Shown in pieces: positions 28,631-37,678 of a stretch of 64,000 bases of DNA. The position numbers were made by a program, and so were the translations under genes. The notes beneath the pieces were generated by a model. That model saw nothing but the letters and a program-made list of their open reading frames with translations, had not been told where the DNA came from and searched no databases. The first letter of the stretch is position 1; every line of letters starts with the position of its first letter. This DNA comes from Patescibacteria group bacterium (GTDB lineage Bacteria > Patescibacteriota > Patescibacteriia > Patescibacteriales > UBA12465): the NCBI GenBank assembly GCA_041650715.1, contig JBAZKQ010000001.1, forward strand, positions 518,945-582,944. The letters run 5' to 3'.

Positions 28631-29680
28631 CTAAAATTTGGTGTCGAGCAGAAATATCATTAAAGCAATGGCCGCGCCAATACCGCCGATAACCCAAAAA
28701 CGCATAACTACTTTCGCTTCCGGCCAGCCTACGGCTTGATAATGATGATGGATAGGCGAAGACAAAAATATTTTTTTCCCGCGCCAGCGTTTAGATAAAA
28801 CTTGGATAATCACGGATAATGATTCGATAATAAATATTACACCAATCGGAATAAGCAAAAGCGCGCTATTAGTGAGCATCGCAATAATGCCCAGGGTAAC
28901 ACCCAAACTCATCGCTCCGGTGTCGCCCATATAAAAGCGGGCGGGCGGGATATTAAACCAAAGAAAAGCCAAAAGAGCACCAATAATCACTCCGCAAAAA
29001 GTCGCCAAATCATAACGCCCTAAGGTAAAAGCGATCACGCCGAAAGCCATAAAGGCAATAAGCAAGGTCCCCCCAGCGAGCCCGTCAAGGCCGTCGGTTT
29101 CATTAACGGAAAAAGAAGTAGAAACAATAACGAAAATAAAAATTGGAATATACCAAGCGCCAATTTCAAAATTACCCAAAAACGGAACATGAAAAACTGT
29201 CCAATCGAGTTTTAAATAAAACCACAGGGCGCCGACGATGGCAATCAGTGTATATATTAAAATACGGTGGCGTAATTTTAAGCCGCCGCCGCCCAGCACG
29301 CCTTTGCCGCGGACATCTAACCAATCATCAAACAAACCGATTAAAGCCGTGATAACCAAGGCGCCCAGGGGCAGCAAGGTTTCCGCGCGGGTTAAAAAAT
29401 TTAAGTGATCAAATAGGCTTCCCGGCCAAATGCGTGATAAACCGGAAAAAAGTAAAATCAAAATTAAAACTGTCCCCCAGATTAAAATACCACCCATGGT
29501 CGGCGTTCCCTCTTTATGGGCATGCAATACGCTAAATACCGGAGTGTTGCCACTATTTCTAATTTTTTTGCCTAACTTATATTTATAGAGAAAATGCGTG
29601 ACAAGCGGGGTAGCGAGGGCGGCTACCATAAAAGCCAAGGTCGCAAAAAATAAGACTTTAACCAGATAGAATTCCATCAT
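28631..29680 (-). CDS. mraY: Phospho-N-acetylmuramoyl-pentapeptide transferase
   Basis: 349 aa, polytopic, with GLFDDWLD, NETDGLDGLA and HHH motifs. Confidence 0.92.
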   Translation of the reverse strand: MMEFYLVKVLFFATLAFMVAALATPLVTHFLYKYKLGKKIRNSGNTPVFSVLHAHKEGTPTMGGILIWGTVLILILLFSGLSRIWPGSLFDHLNFLTRAETLLPLGALVITALIGLFDDWLDVRGKGVLGGGGLKLRHRILIYTLIAIVGALWFYLKLDWTVFHVPFLGNFEIGAWYIPIFIFVIVSTSFSVNETDGLDGLAGGTLLIAFMAFGVIAFTLGRYDLATFCGVIIGALLAFLWFNIPPARFYMGDTGAMSLGVTLGIIAMLTNSALLLIPIGVIFIIESLSVIIQVLSKRWRGKKIFLSSPIHHHYQAVGWPEAKVVMRFWVIGGIGAAIALMIFLLDTKF

Positions 29681-29686
29681 AGTAAA

Positions 29687-30115
29687 TTAACGAAAATTAA
29701 TTAGATAGACCGCCACCAGAGCGATACTTAAAAAAAGACCGAAAATGGCGGACGAACCTAAAAGATACATGACCAGGGCCTTAAAATTTTTATTTTTGTA
29801 CAAGATTGCCAAAAGGATAAAACTGAGCAGAAAAACGCCCAGGCCAAGCAAGGGGAAAAGATAAATTTGCGCCGGATCGCCGATCCGATCAATACCAAAA
29901 TCAACGTTATAATGGAGAACCAAAATTTCGCCACTTAATTTCTGACGGATAAGGCTGGTTTGCACCCAAGCGGCAATTTGCCAAAAAACAATCAAACTTA
30001 GGTAGACCCAGCTCGGTTTATAGTGGAAAATAGCTCCTAAAGAAGCCTTTATTTTATCGAAAATACCATAAAAACGCGCGTAAAAGTTGGAATAAGCCAT
30101 ATAATTTTCTAACAC
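29687..30115 (-). CDS. Hypothetical membrane protein heading the mraY operon
   Basis: 142 aa with 3-4 hydrophobic helices; no recognisable family. It ends 7 nt upstream of the mraY start. Confidence 0.55.
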   Translation of the reverse strand: MLENYMAYSNFYARFYGIFDKIKASLGAIFHYKPSWVYLSLIVFWQIAAWVQTSLIRQKLSGEILVLHYNVDFGIDRIGDPAQIYLFPLLGLGVFLLSFILLAILYKNKNFKALVMYLLGSSAIFGLFLSIALVAVYLINFR

Positions 30116-30198
30116 TTAAATCCCGTAAAAATGCGGGTTAACATAATTATTCTAACACATTTTTAAAATAATATAAAATAAGCTATAATAATTGTATT

Positions 30199-31188
30199 AT
30201 GAGTAAAAAAATCATCGCCAAGCTCTTCAATTACGCATCGCGTGAAGGGGCCAAAAAACTAATCATCGAGGGCAAGGCTCAGGACCTCGCCTTGCACTAC
30301 CACTTCCCGGACGGAGAGGAGCGCCGCTTTAGTTTACCGAAAAAAATTGAAAAAAATTTGAGCCAGGCGATCAGAGAAATTTTAGCGCTGGCGCCCGATG
30401 AGCTGACCGCCAAAAAATATTGCAAAGTTGAGGATAAAAATTATCGACTCAATTTCTATCTTACTATCGTCCCAACATCTGAAGGAGAAAAAATAATCAT
30501 TAATATCATACCCCAGAACGACAAGAAATTCGGACTAAAACAATTAGGCCTGCAAAAAAATGATTTGCTATCCCTGCAAAAAGCTTTGCGCCACCCTTCC
30601 GGTTTAATTATTCTCAGTTCCCCGGCCGAGCAAGGGAAAAGTACCGTTTTAAGCTCGCTCATCACGGAATTAAATACGCCGGAGCGCAGTCTTTATTTCT
30701 TGGGCGCGAGCACAAAAAATAAAATTAACGGCCTGAATACTTTGACGGAAACAAGAAGCAATTGGGAAAAAGTTTTGACAATCGACTCTGATATTATTTT
30801 TGCCGAAATGACTGATAGCGCCAACCTTGATTTGGCGGTCCGGGCCGCATCAACCGGCCGGCTCGCTGTTATTACCATGAGCGCCCAGTCGGTATGGGAA
30901 GTACTGCTAAACTACCTAAAATTAAAACTTCCCTTGAGATTAAAACTTGATAGTTTAAAATTAATTCTAAATTCGCGTATCGCCCCTCTTAAAACCGACA
31001 AGCGCGGCCAGATCGGGCTTTTCGAAGTTTTAGTTCTGAGCCAGAAAATAAAAAAATTCATTTCCGAGGCGGCGGGCGATGGGCCGAAAAAGCTTTTTTG
31101 GGAAAAATTAAGCCGGCTCGCCTTAAAAGAGGGTTATGAACCGCTAAGTTTCGATCACCAAAAGAAAATTAAGAATGGATTGCTATGA
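30199..31188 (+). CDS. GspE/PilB/PilT-superfamily ATPase-like protein with degenerate catalytic motifs
   Basis: Collinear with the secretion-ATPase core. The matching segments are YRLNFYLTIVPTSEGEKIIINIIP, LGL...PSGLIILSSPAEQGKSTVL, DSDIIFAEMTD, STGRLAVITMSAQ and GLFEVLVLS. The Walker A first glycines, the Asp box and both His-box histidines are replaced. Confidence 0.7.
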   Translation: MSKKIIAKLFNYASREGAKKLIIEGKAQDLALHYHFPDGEERRFSLPKKIEKNLSQAIREILALAPDELTAKKYCKVEDKNYRLNFYLTIVPTSEGEKIIINIIPQNDKKFGLKQLGLQKNDLLSLQKALRHPSGLIILSSPAEQGKSTVLSSLITELNTPERSLYFLGASTKNKINGLNTLTETRSNWEKVLTIDSDIIFAEMTDSANLDLAVRAASTGRLAVITMSAQSVWEVLLNYLKLKLPLRLKLDSLKLILNSRIAPLKTDKRGQIGLFEVLVLSQKIKKFISEAAGDGPKKLFWEKLSRLALKEGYEPLSFDHQKKIKNGLL

Positions 31189-31847
31189 AAATCACCTGCG
31201 TCATTCCGGCCTACAATGAAGAAAAAAGCATCGCCCTGGTAATTGAAAAATTACGGCCTTATGTTGATGAAATAATTGTCGTTGATGACGCTTCGGGCGA
31301 CGAGACCTCGCTTCGAGCTGCCCAGACGGGAGTGGTTCTCGTCCGCCATATTATCAATCGCGGCCAAGGCGCGGCGCTTCGCACCGGTACGCAATTAGCT
31401 CTGGCTAGAGGCGCCGATATCATTATCCATTTTGATGCTGATGATCAATTCCAAGTGGAAGATATCCCGGAAATGCTCGCCCCGCTTCAAGCCGGACGCG
31501 CCGACGCCGTTCTCGGATCTCGCTTCTTGGGCAAGGCGTCCAATCTGCCAAAAATGAAGAAAAATATTATTATGCCCCTGGCTCGTTTCACTAATCGTGT
31601 TTTCTTTAATATCCGCTTAAGCGATCCCCAAAGCGGTTTCCGCGCCCTGAGCCGTGAAAGCGCTCAAGCTTTAAAAATAGAGAATGACGGGATGGCGCAC
31701 TGCAGCGAGATTATCTATCAATTATTTAAAAATAAAAACCGGGTCGAAGAAGTGCCGATTACCGTTGTCTATCATGAATTCGGCCAGAACTTCAGCGGCG
31801 GCTTCAAAGTAATCCGCGACATCTTAATTCAAAAATTAATCAATTAA
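31185..31847 (+). CDS. Family 2 glycosyltransferase (polyprenyl-phosphate sugar synthase-like)
   Basis: VIPAYNEE...VVDDASGDET...HFDADDQ is a GT-A signature. 220 aa. ATGA start/stop overlap with the upstream gene. Confidence 0.85.
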   Translation: MKITCVIPAYNEEKSIALVIEKLRPYVDEIIVVDDASGDETSLRAAQTGVVLVRHIINRGQGAALRTGTQLALARGADIIIHFDADDQFQVEDIPEMLAPLQAGRADAVLGSRFLGKASNLPKMKKNIIMPLARFTNRVFFNIRLSDPQSGFRALSRESAQALKIENDGMAHCSEIIYQLFKNKNRVEEVPITVVYHEFGQNFSGGFKVIRDILIQKLIN

Positions 31848-31849
31848 AT

Positions 31850-32170
31850 ATGTTACAACAAATCTTAGCGCTTATCGTTATTCTTTTCTTTCTTATCCGG
31901 TTATTTCGCCAAAAAAAGAAAAAGCAAATTACGGGTAATGAATTTTTACTCTGGTTAATATTTTGGGTGCTGGCGCTCGGCGCGATTATTTTCCTTAAGC
32001 AGATAGATACTTTCGTCGCTTGGCTCGGCTTTTCCGGCACGGCGATTAATATTTTAGTTTACATTGCCGTATTAGCCTTAATCTACCAAGTCTTTCGGAT
32101 GCGTCTTAATATCGCCAAGATGGAAAAGAATATCAGCACACTGAATCAAGCCCTCACTTTAAAAAAATAA
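31850..32170 (+). CDS. Small membrane protein, DUF2304-like GT2 partner
   Basis: 106 aa with 3 TM helices plus a C-terminal helix. Its size, topology and position right after a GT2 match DUF2304. Confidence 0.6.
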   Translation: MLQQILALIVILFFLIRLFRQKKKKQITGNEFLLWLIFWVLALGAIIFLKQIDTFVAWLGFSGTAINILVYIAVLALIYQVFRMRLNIAKMEKNISTLNQALTLKK

Positions 32171-32186
32171 TCCCCTTCCCCTTATT

Positions 32187-33320
32187 ATGAAAATTGCGAC
32201 TATCGTCTGCGCCTATCCTCCTTATGCCGGTGGCATCGGAAACAGCGCTTGGCGTATCAATCAAATGCTGGCTGAAAAACACGAGATCGAGGTCTTTACA
32301 CCCGATAACTTGCATCCCTGGCTCCGCTCCGGGCACGGCGCTTTTGCGCCGCAATTATTTTGGCGTTTGCGAAAATTTGATTATATTTATTTACATTACC
32401 CCTTTTTCGGGACGGCGGAAGTCGTCTGGTTTTTTAAATTATTTTTTCGCCGGCCGAAGCTCATTATCCAATATCATATGGACGTCCGCGGCCTCAGTCC
32501 CCTGGGACGTCTATTAAGCTTGCCGAGCCGGCTTATTCGCCGCTCCCTTCTGGGCCAGGCGGAAACGATCGTGACAGCGAGCCGAGACTATATCGAGTCC
32601 AGCCAAATAAAAAAATATTATGCCGCTCATAAAGAAAAATTTCAGGAAATTCCCTTCGGCGTCGATATTAATAAATTCCAACCGAAATTAATCAACCGGC
32701 CCTTAGAAAATAAAACTTTTGCTCGCGCTCAAGAAATTGTCCATTTCATCAACGATAAATTCATCAAGCGAGACAAGCTAAACCTCCTCTTTGTCGGCGG
32801 GCTTGATTCGGCGCACTATTTCAAAGGCGTGAGCGTCCTGCTGAACGCGCTGGTCGTCGTCAGCGACCGCCGGTGGCACTTGCGCATCGTCGGCGACGGT
32901 AATTTGCGCGCCGACTACGAAGCTTTATCGCGGAAGCTAAAACTCAACGGCCAGATTGAATTTGCCGGCAATTTATCCGAGACAGACCTGATACGATCTT
33001 TTCAGAATGCGGATTTATTTATTCTCCCCTCAATTAATAGTAACGAAGCCTTTGGCCTCGTCCTGATTGAAGCGCTTGCCTGCGGCGTGCCGGTTATCGC
33101 TTCTAATCTTCCGGGCGTGCGCAGCGTCTTTAGCGACCACGAGCAAGGACTATTAATTGAACCGGGGAGCATAATGGATCTCCAAAATAAATTAGAATTT
33201 ATTTTTAAAAACGAAGAAATGCGCCGTCTGATGGCGCTCGCTGCCCGCCGCCACGCCGAAAATAAATACGATAACGCCAAAATAAAGCTCCGTTTAGAAA
33301 ATTTATTTAAGTCGCTTTAA
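32187..33320 (+). CDS. Family 4 (GT-B) glycosyltransferase
   Basis: 377 aa with a C-terminal EAFGLVLIEALACGVPVIASN motif (E-x7-E class). Confidence 0.85.
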   Translation: MKIATIVCAYPPYAGGIGNSAWRINQMLAEKHEIEVFTPDNLHPWLRSGHGAFAPQLFWRLRKFDYIYLHYPFFGTAEVVWFFKLFFRRPKLIIQYHMDVRGLSPLGRLLSLPSRLIRRSLLGQAETIVTASRDYIESSQIKKYYAAHKEKFQEIPFGVDINKFQPKLINRPLENKTFARAQEIVHFINDKFIKRDKLNLLFVGGLDSAHYFKGVSVLLNALVVVSDRRWHLRIVGDGNLRADYEALSRKLKLNGQIEFAGNLSETDLIRSFQNADLFILPSINSNEAFGLVLIEALACGVPVIASNLPGVRSVFSDHEQGLLIEPGSIMDLQNKLEFIFKNEEMRRLMALAARRHAENKYDNAKIKLRLENLFKSL

Positions 33321-33338
33321 AAAATTTATTATAATCCG

Positions 33339-34469
33339 ATGAAAATAGCTTTAGCCAATAATCTTTATTATCCCTATAACCGCGGCGGTGCCGAAAGTGT
33401 TGTTAAGCAAATGATTGCCGCTCTCAAGGCGGCCGGTCATGAAGTTTTTTTAATTACGACCGAACCGAAAAATGAAAGCACGGCGACTCCGCCCGAAATC
33501 ATAACGAAGGACGGTCTTAAAACATATTATTTCCCTTCCGGCTACATGAACTTAGCTGATCGCTCGCCCTATCTTCACTTTTTTTGGCACTTTAATAATC
33601 TCTTTTCGTTTCACCGCAGCGCCGCCATAAAAAAAGTACTGCTCGCCGAAAAAACCGAGCTTATTATTACCCATAATCTTATGGGCCTGGGATTTTATCT
33701 CCCGGTCATAATCCGAAAATTAAAAATTCGGCACGAGCATTATCTGCACGATATTCAATTGCTTTATCCGTCGGGATTAATGTTATTGGGGCATGAAAAA
33801 ATTGTCGATAATTTAAGCGCTAAATTATATCAATTATTTACCCGCGCCTTTTTTGCTTCACCGGCTAAAGTTAGTTCCCCTTCTTTCTGGCTGCTCGGCC
33901 AATACCGCCAGCGCGGTTTTTTCCATGACTCGGAAACGGAAATCAGAAATATGGGAACAGAAAGCGCGACTCAGCCGGCCAGGGACGCGTCCGGCGAAAT
34001 CAAGCCGGCCGAAACGGACCCTCGTAGCGCGCAAAAAATGAAAAACTTTTTATTTGTCGGCCAAATCGAAAGCCACAAGGGCATTATTTTATTGATAAAA
34101 GCTTTTATCAGCGCCTGCGAAACGGACGCAAGTATCCGGCTTAGCGTTGTCGGCGACGGTATCCTGCTCGACGAAGCCAAAGCTTTGGCGGCGGCCAATG
34201 AAAGAATTAGCTTCCTCGGTCGCCTGGACGCCGGCGGTGTTAGAGATTTAATGGTGGCGAGCGACTGTCTCGTCGTCCCCTCCTTATGCTATGAAAACGC
34301 ACCGACGACAATCTTCGAAGCACACAGCGTCGGTCTGCCGGTTTTGGCATCAAATATCGGCGGCATACCGGAAATCGTAAATGAACAAGACAAACTATTT
34401 AGAGCGGGTGATTTTATGGATTTAAAAAATAATATTTTAAATCTATCCCAAGCAAAACAAAGCGAATAA
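33339..34469 (+). CDS. Family 4 (GT-B) glycosyltransferase
   Basis: 376 aa with an N-terminal YYPYNRGGAE and a C-terminal ENAPTTIFEAHSVGLPVLASNIGG. Confidence 0.8.
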   Translation: MKIALANNLYYPYNRGGAESVVKQMIAALKAAGHEVFLITTEPKNESTATPPEIITKDGLKTYYFPSGYMNLADRSPYLHFFWHFNNLFSFHRSAAIKKVLLAEKTELIITHNLMGLGFYLPVIIRKLKIRHEHYLHDIQLLYPSGLMLLGHEKIVDNLSAKLYQLFTRAFFASPAKVSSPSFWLLGQYRQRGFFHDSETEIRNMGTESATQPARDASGEIKPAETDPRSAQKMKNFLFVGQIESHKGIILLIKAFISACETDASIRLSVVGDGILLDEAKALAAANERISFLGRLDAGGVRDLMVASDCLVVPSLCYENAPTTIFEAHSVGLPVLASNIGGIPEIVNEQDKLFRAGDFMDLKNNILNLSQAKQSE

Positions 34470-34484
34470 ATAGCCAGCTAATTT

Positions 34485-34520
34485 AAAAAAGAGCCAAGCA
34501 ATTTCGCCTGGCTCTTTTTG
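34485..34520. terminator. Bidirectional rho-independent terminator (convergent GT4 / SDR)
   Basis: Stem AGAGCCA(A)GC / GC(C)TGGCTCT with a 6-nt loop, flanked by A6 and T5. Confidence 0.8.
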
Positions 34521-34556
34521 TAAATGCTATCAATGTAAAATGTTTTCAATATATTT

Positions 34557-35576
34557 CTAACTCAATCCCTGTAGTCTCTTATTAGCCTGGATATCAAAAA
34601 TCGTCTTTTTTAAACCATTCGCCAGTGTTACAACCGGCATCCAATTTAAATTATTCTTGGCTTCACGAATATCGGGAAGGGCTAACTCGGAAATAAATAG
34701 AGGACTATCTACATAAGAAATCGTCGAGCTCGAACCCGTTTCCTTAATAATCATGTTCACGAGCGCAGTTAAATTCACATCCACATCGGAACCGATATTA
34801 ATCGGGCCGGGGAGTTCGGTCGTCATTATCTTCGCGACGGCGTCCAGCGCATCTTCAATGTAGCAGAAAGAAGAAGAAAAGGCGGGACCGCCCGGAATAA
34901 CAATTTCCTTATTTTCCAAAGCGTTACTGATAAAATCAGGGATCATCTGGTCGTCATTCTGCTCCATACGCGGGCCATAGATACGGAAAAGACGGATTAT
35001 CTTGGCATCAATATTATAAATTGAACGATAATTCGTAACCATTGTCTCGGCAAAGCGCTTACCTTCGTCGTACGCGCTCCGTTCGGATAAATTATCAACG
35101 CGGCCGAAATCTTTTTCCGTCACTTTTAAAGTCGAATCATCCGAAGGCCGCGGTCCATAGACGACCGAAGAAGAAAATTGTAAGAACTTAGCCTGATACT
35201 TAACGGCAATATCCAATAAATTTTTTACGACATACGAATTAGCCAAAAGCGTTGCCAAGCGATTAGCTAAAAAAGCTCGGGGCGACATCGGACAAGCCAG
35301 GTTATAAATCTCCTGAATTCCCTGAAATTCTATTTTAAATTTTTTTAAATCGGCATGCGCCTCGAGATCCAACGGCGTGCTTAAATCATGGTTAATAAAA
35401 GCAAAGTCCGGGCTCGCAAGTAGATGATCAATATTGCGCTCGCTCCCAGAAACAAAATTATCCACGCAAATAACTTTGCAAGTTTTTATGAGTTCATCGC
35501 AAAGATGGGAACCGACAAAACCGGCGCCCCCGGCGACGAGTACATTTTTTTTATCAAAAATTACTTGTTTAGACAT
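34557..35576 (-). CDS. Extended SDR nucleotide-sugar enzyme, UDP-glucuronate decarboxylase (UXS)-like
   Basis: GGAGFVGSHLCDEL, VDNFVSGSERNI and SAYDEGKRFAE are UXS-like. The STSEVYG motif reads SSSVVYG here. Confidence 0.65.
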   Translation of the reverse strand: MSKQVIFDKKNVLVAGGAGFVGSHLCDELIKTCKVICVDNFVSGSERNIDHLLASPDFAFINHDLSTPLDLEAHADLKKFKIEFQGIQEIYNLACPMSPRAFLANRLATLLANSYVVKNLLDIAVKYQAKFLQFSSSVVYGPRPSDDSTLKVTEKDFGRVDNLSERSAYDEGKRFAETMVTNYRSIYNIDAKIIRLFRIYGPRMEQNDDQMIPDFISNALENKEIVIPGGPAFSSSFCYIEDALDAVAKIMTTELPGPINIGSDVDVNLTALVNMIIKETGSSSTISYVDSPLFISELALPDIREAKNNLNWMPVVTLANGLKKTIFDIQANKRLQGLS

Positions 35577-35578
35577 AT

Positions 35579-37606
35579 TTAATTATTTATTTTTATTATA
35601 CCAAGATTAACGCCACCGCTAAAGCCCGCCTCCCAGGCGTAAAAAGATTCAAGCAGATTACCGCTATTATCAAAAATACGGACATGCGGGGCCGCTCCCG
35701 GATTGGCGCCCAGCGCAATTTCATTAATCCCGTCATTATCAATATCGCCGGCCGTTAAGTTAACGCCACCTTGCCAATTTTTATTAAAGGCAAGAAATTG
35801 TTTTAGTAGCTCCGCATGATTGCTAAATATTTTGACCTGAGCTTCCCGGCCCTTACCCGGCGCCGTAATTATTTCCGCTTTATCGTGATCTTTGCGGCCA
35901 TCAACATTAGCCACAACAACTTTAACCCCGCCGCGGAACTGCTTCTCGTAAGCAAACCAGACCCCGATTAATTTACCCGCGTCATTAAATATTTTAACGA
36001 GCGGCTCATGGCCGCTACCATAACCGATAATTATTTTATTTTCCCCTTTACCCTCAATATCACCCACCGACACACTCAGCCCGCCGATATAATATTTATC
36101 TGTCGCCATAAACTGGCCGACCAATTTCCCGGTCGCACTAAAAATTCTTACTTGTCCGGAGCCGCGCGAAGCCGGTACGGTAATTATTTCCGCTTGGTCA
36201 TTATTATCCGAACTGGAAACCGCTACGTTTATTCCGCCGCGAAAGGTTTTAGTCTGTGCTAAAAATTTAGTCAGTAATTTACCGGCGGAATTAAAAACCA
36301 TAACATAAGGCTCGGTCCCCGGGGCGGCGCCGATAACTATTTCATCTTGCCCGTCGCCATTTACATCACCCGTCGCGATACTTCCGCCCGGGGCAATCTT
36401 TTGGCTCCAATTAATATCGCTGACCTTATCGCCGTTAGACGCCGTTAATTTTGTTTCTTTAAGACCGGTCACCGGCATAACGATTAAACGTCCTAAACGA
36501 CTATACAATTGGCTTTTAGCCAGTTCAATCGCGCTATTAAGGTTTAGGCGCCCGTTACCTAATTGGCCCAAATAGTCAGGGTTAAGCCGACTAATATTAT
36601 CGGTCGAAGCAAAAAGGACATTTACAATTTCCCGCCGACTTAATTCCGGATTGGCTTGGGCAATCAGCGCCAAGGAAGCGGAAACCAAAGGGGCCGCCAT
36701 TGAAGTCCCCGACCAATAACCGTCGTAATAACTATTGGGATTATTGATATCGCTGCCGGGAGTAATGGCATTAAAAAAGCTGATGCCGGGAGCGGCGATA
36801 TCGACACAATGAAAACCATAACTGGAAAAACGCGCCTTTTGGTCAAGGGCATCCGTCGCCACAACGCCAATTACCATATTTTCACCGAGTTGCCCGTCGT
36901 AACAGGCCGGGTAAATCGGCGTCTTATCGATATTATAGCCCTCGCCGACTGACTGTTCGTTACCGGCGGCGGCGACAATCATTACCCCCATATCGTGGGC
37001 GCGACGAATGGCTTCTTGAACGCTTTCGCTATAACTAAAATTTACAAAACTTAAATTAATAATATCGGCGCCGTTACTCGTCGCATAATCAATCGCGCGC
37101 ACCACATCGCTAATTTTTCCTTCACCTTGATCATTTAATACACGCAAGGGCATAATTTTCGCGCGCCAAGTTACTCCGGCTACACCCTGATAATTATTAC
37201 CGCGCGCCGCAATAATACCGGCCACCATTGTACCGTGAGAAATCCCCGCTTCGGTCCAGCCACTGGCAAATTTCGGCGAAGGATCAGGGCCACCCGTTAC
37301 AAAATCCCAACCGTTAAGGTCATCAGTATAACCATTTTTATCGTCATCTTTTTTATTGCCGGCAATCTCTTTATTATTATGCCAAATATTATCCTGCAAA
37401 TCAGGATGATTAATATCGATACCGGAATCAATGACGGCAATAACCATATCCGGGCTTTCCGAAATTTTTTCCCAGGCGCTATCCGCTCCGATTTTAGCCA
37501 AATACCATTGGTTCTTATAATAAGGGTCATTAGGCGTCATGCTCGCCAAAACCGGCTCGGCCAGAACGAGAAAGAGTATAAAAAAAGATGTTAGTATTTT
37601 CTTCAT
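35579..37606 (-). CDS. Secreted subtilisin-like (S8) serine protease fused to about 6 FG-GAP/VCBS repeats
   Basis: Has a signal peptide. The catalytic triad contexts are AVIDSGID (Asp), HGTMVAGI (His) and GTSMAAPLV (Ser). The C-terminal half repeats GD.dGDG..EIi.g..pG..P.V.iF...G.l. Confidence 0.88.
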   Translation of the reverse strand: MKKILTSFFILFLVLAEPVLASMTPNDPYYKNQWYLAKIGADSAWEKISESPDMVIAVIDSGIDINHPDLQDNIWHNNKEIAGNKKDDDKNGYTDDLNGWDFVTGGPDPSPKFASGWTEAGISHGTMVAGIIAARGNNYQGVAGVTWRAKIMPLRVLNDQGEGKISDVVRAIDYATSNGADIINLSFVNFSYSESVQEAIRRAHDMGVMIVAAAGNEQSVGEGYNIDKTPIYPACYDGQLGENMVIGVVATDALDQKARFSSYGFHCVDIAAPGISFFNAITPGSDINNPNSYYDGYWSGTSMAAPLVSASLALIAQANPELSRREIVNVLFASTDNISRLNPDYLGQLGNGRLNLNSAIELAKSQLYSRLGRLIVMPVTGLKETKLTASNGDKVSDINWSQKIAPGGSIATGDVNGDGQDEIVIGAAPGTEPYVMVFNSAGKLLTKFLAQTKTFRGGINVAVSSSDNNDQAEIITVPASRGSGQVRIFSATGKLVGQFMATDKYYIGGLSVSVGDIEGKGENKIIIGYGSGHEPLVKIFNDAGKLIGVWFAYEKQFRGGVKVVVANVDGRKDHDKAEIITAPGKGREAQVKIFSNHAELLKQFLAFNKNWQGGVNLTAGDIDNDGINEIALGANPGAAPHVRIFDNSGNLLESFYAWEAGFSGGVNLGIIKINN

Positions 37607-37678
37607 ATAACATCTCTATGATAACATATTTATTTTTATTTTTACAGTCTGCCAAGCCATAAAGTGCGCCCCGCAAAA

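Noticed and set aside
32154-32517. ORFs at 32154..32354 (-) and 32194..32517 (+) inside or beside the GT4 gene.
   Set aside because: They are alternative-frame shadows of the 377-aa GT4 CDS, which has clear family motifs.
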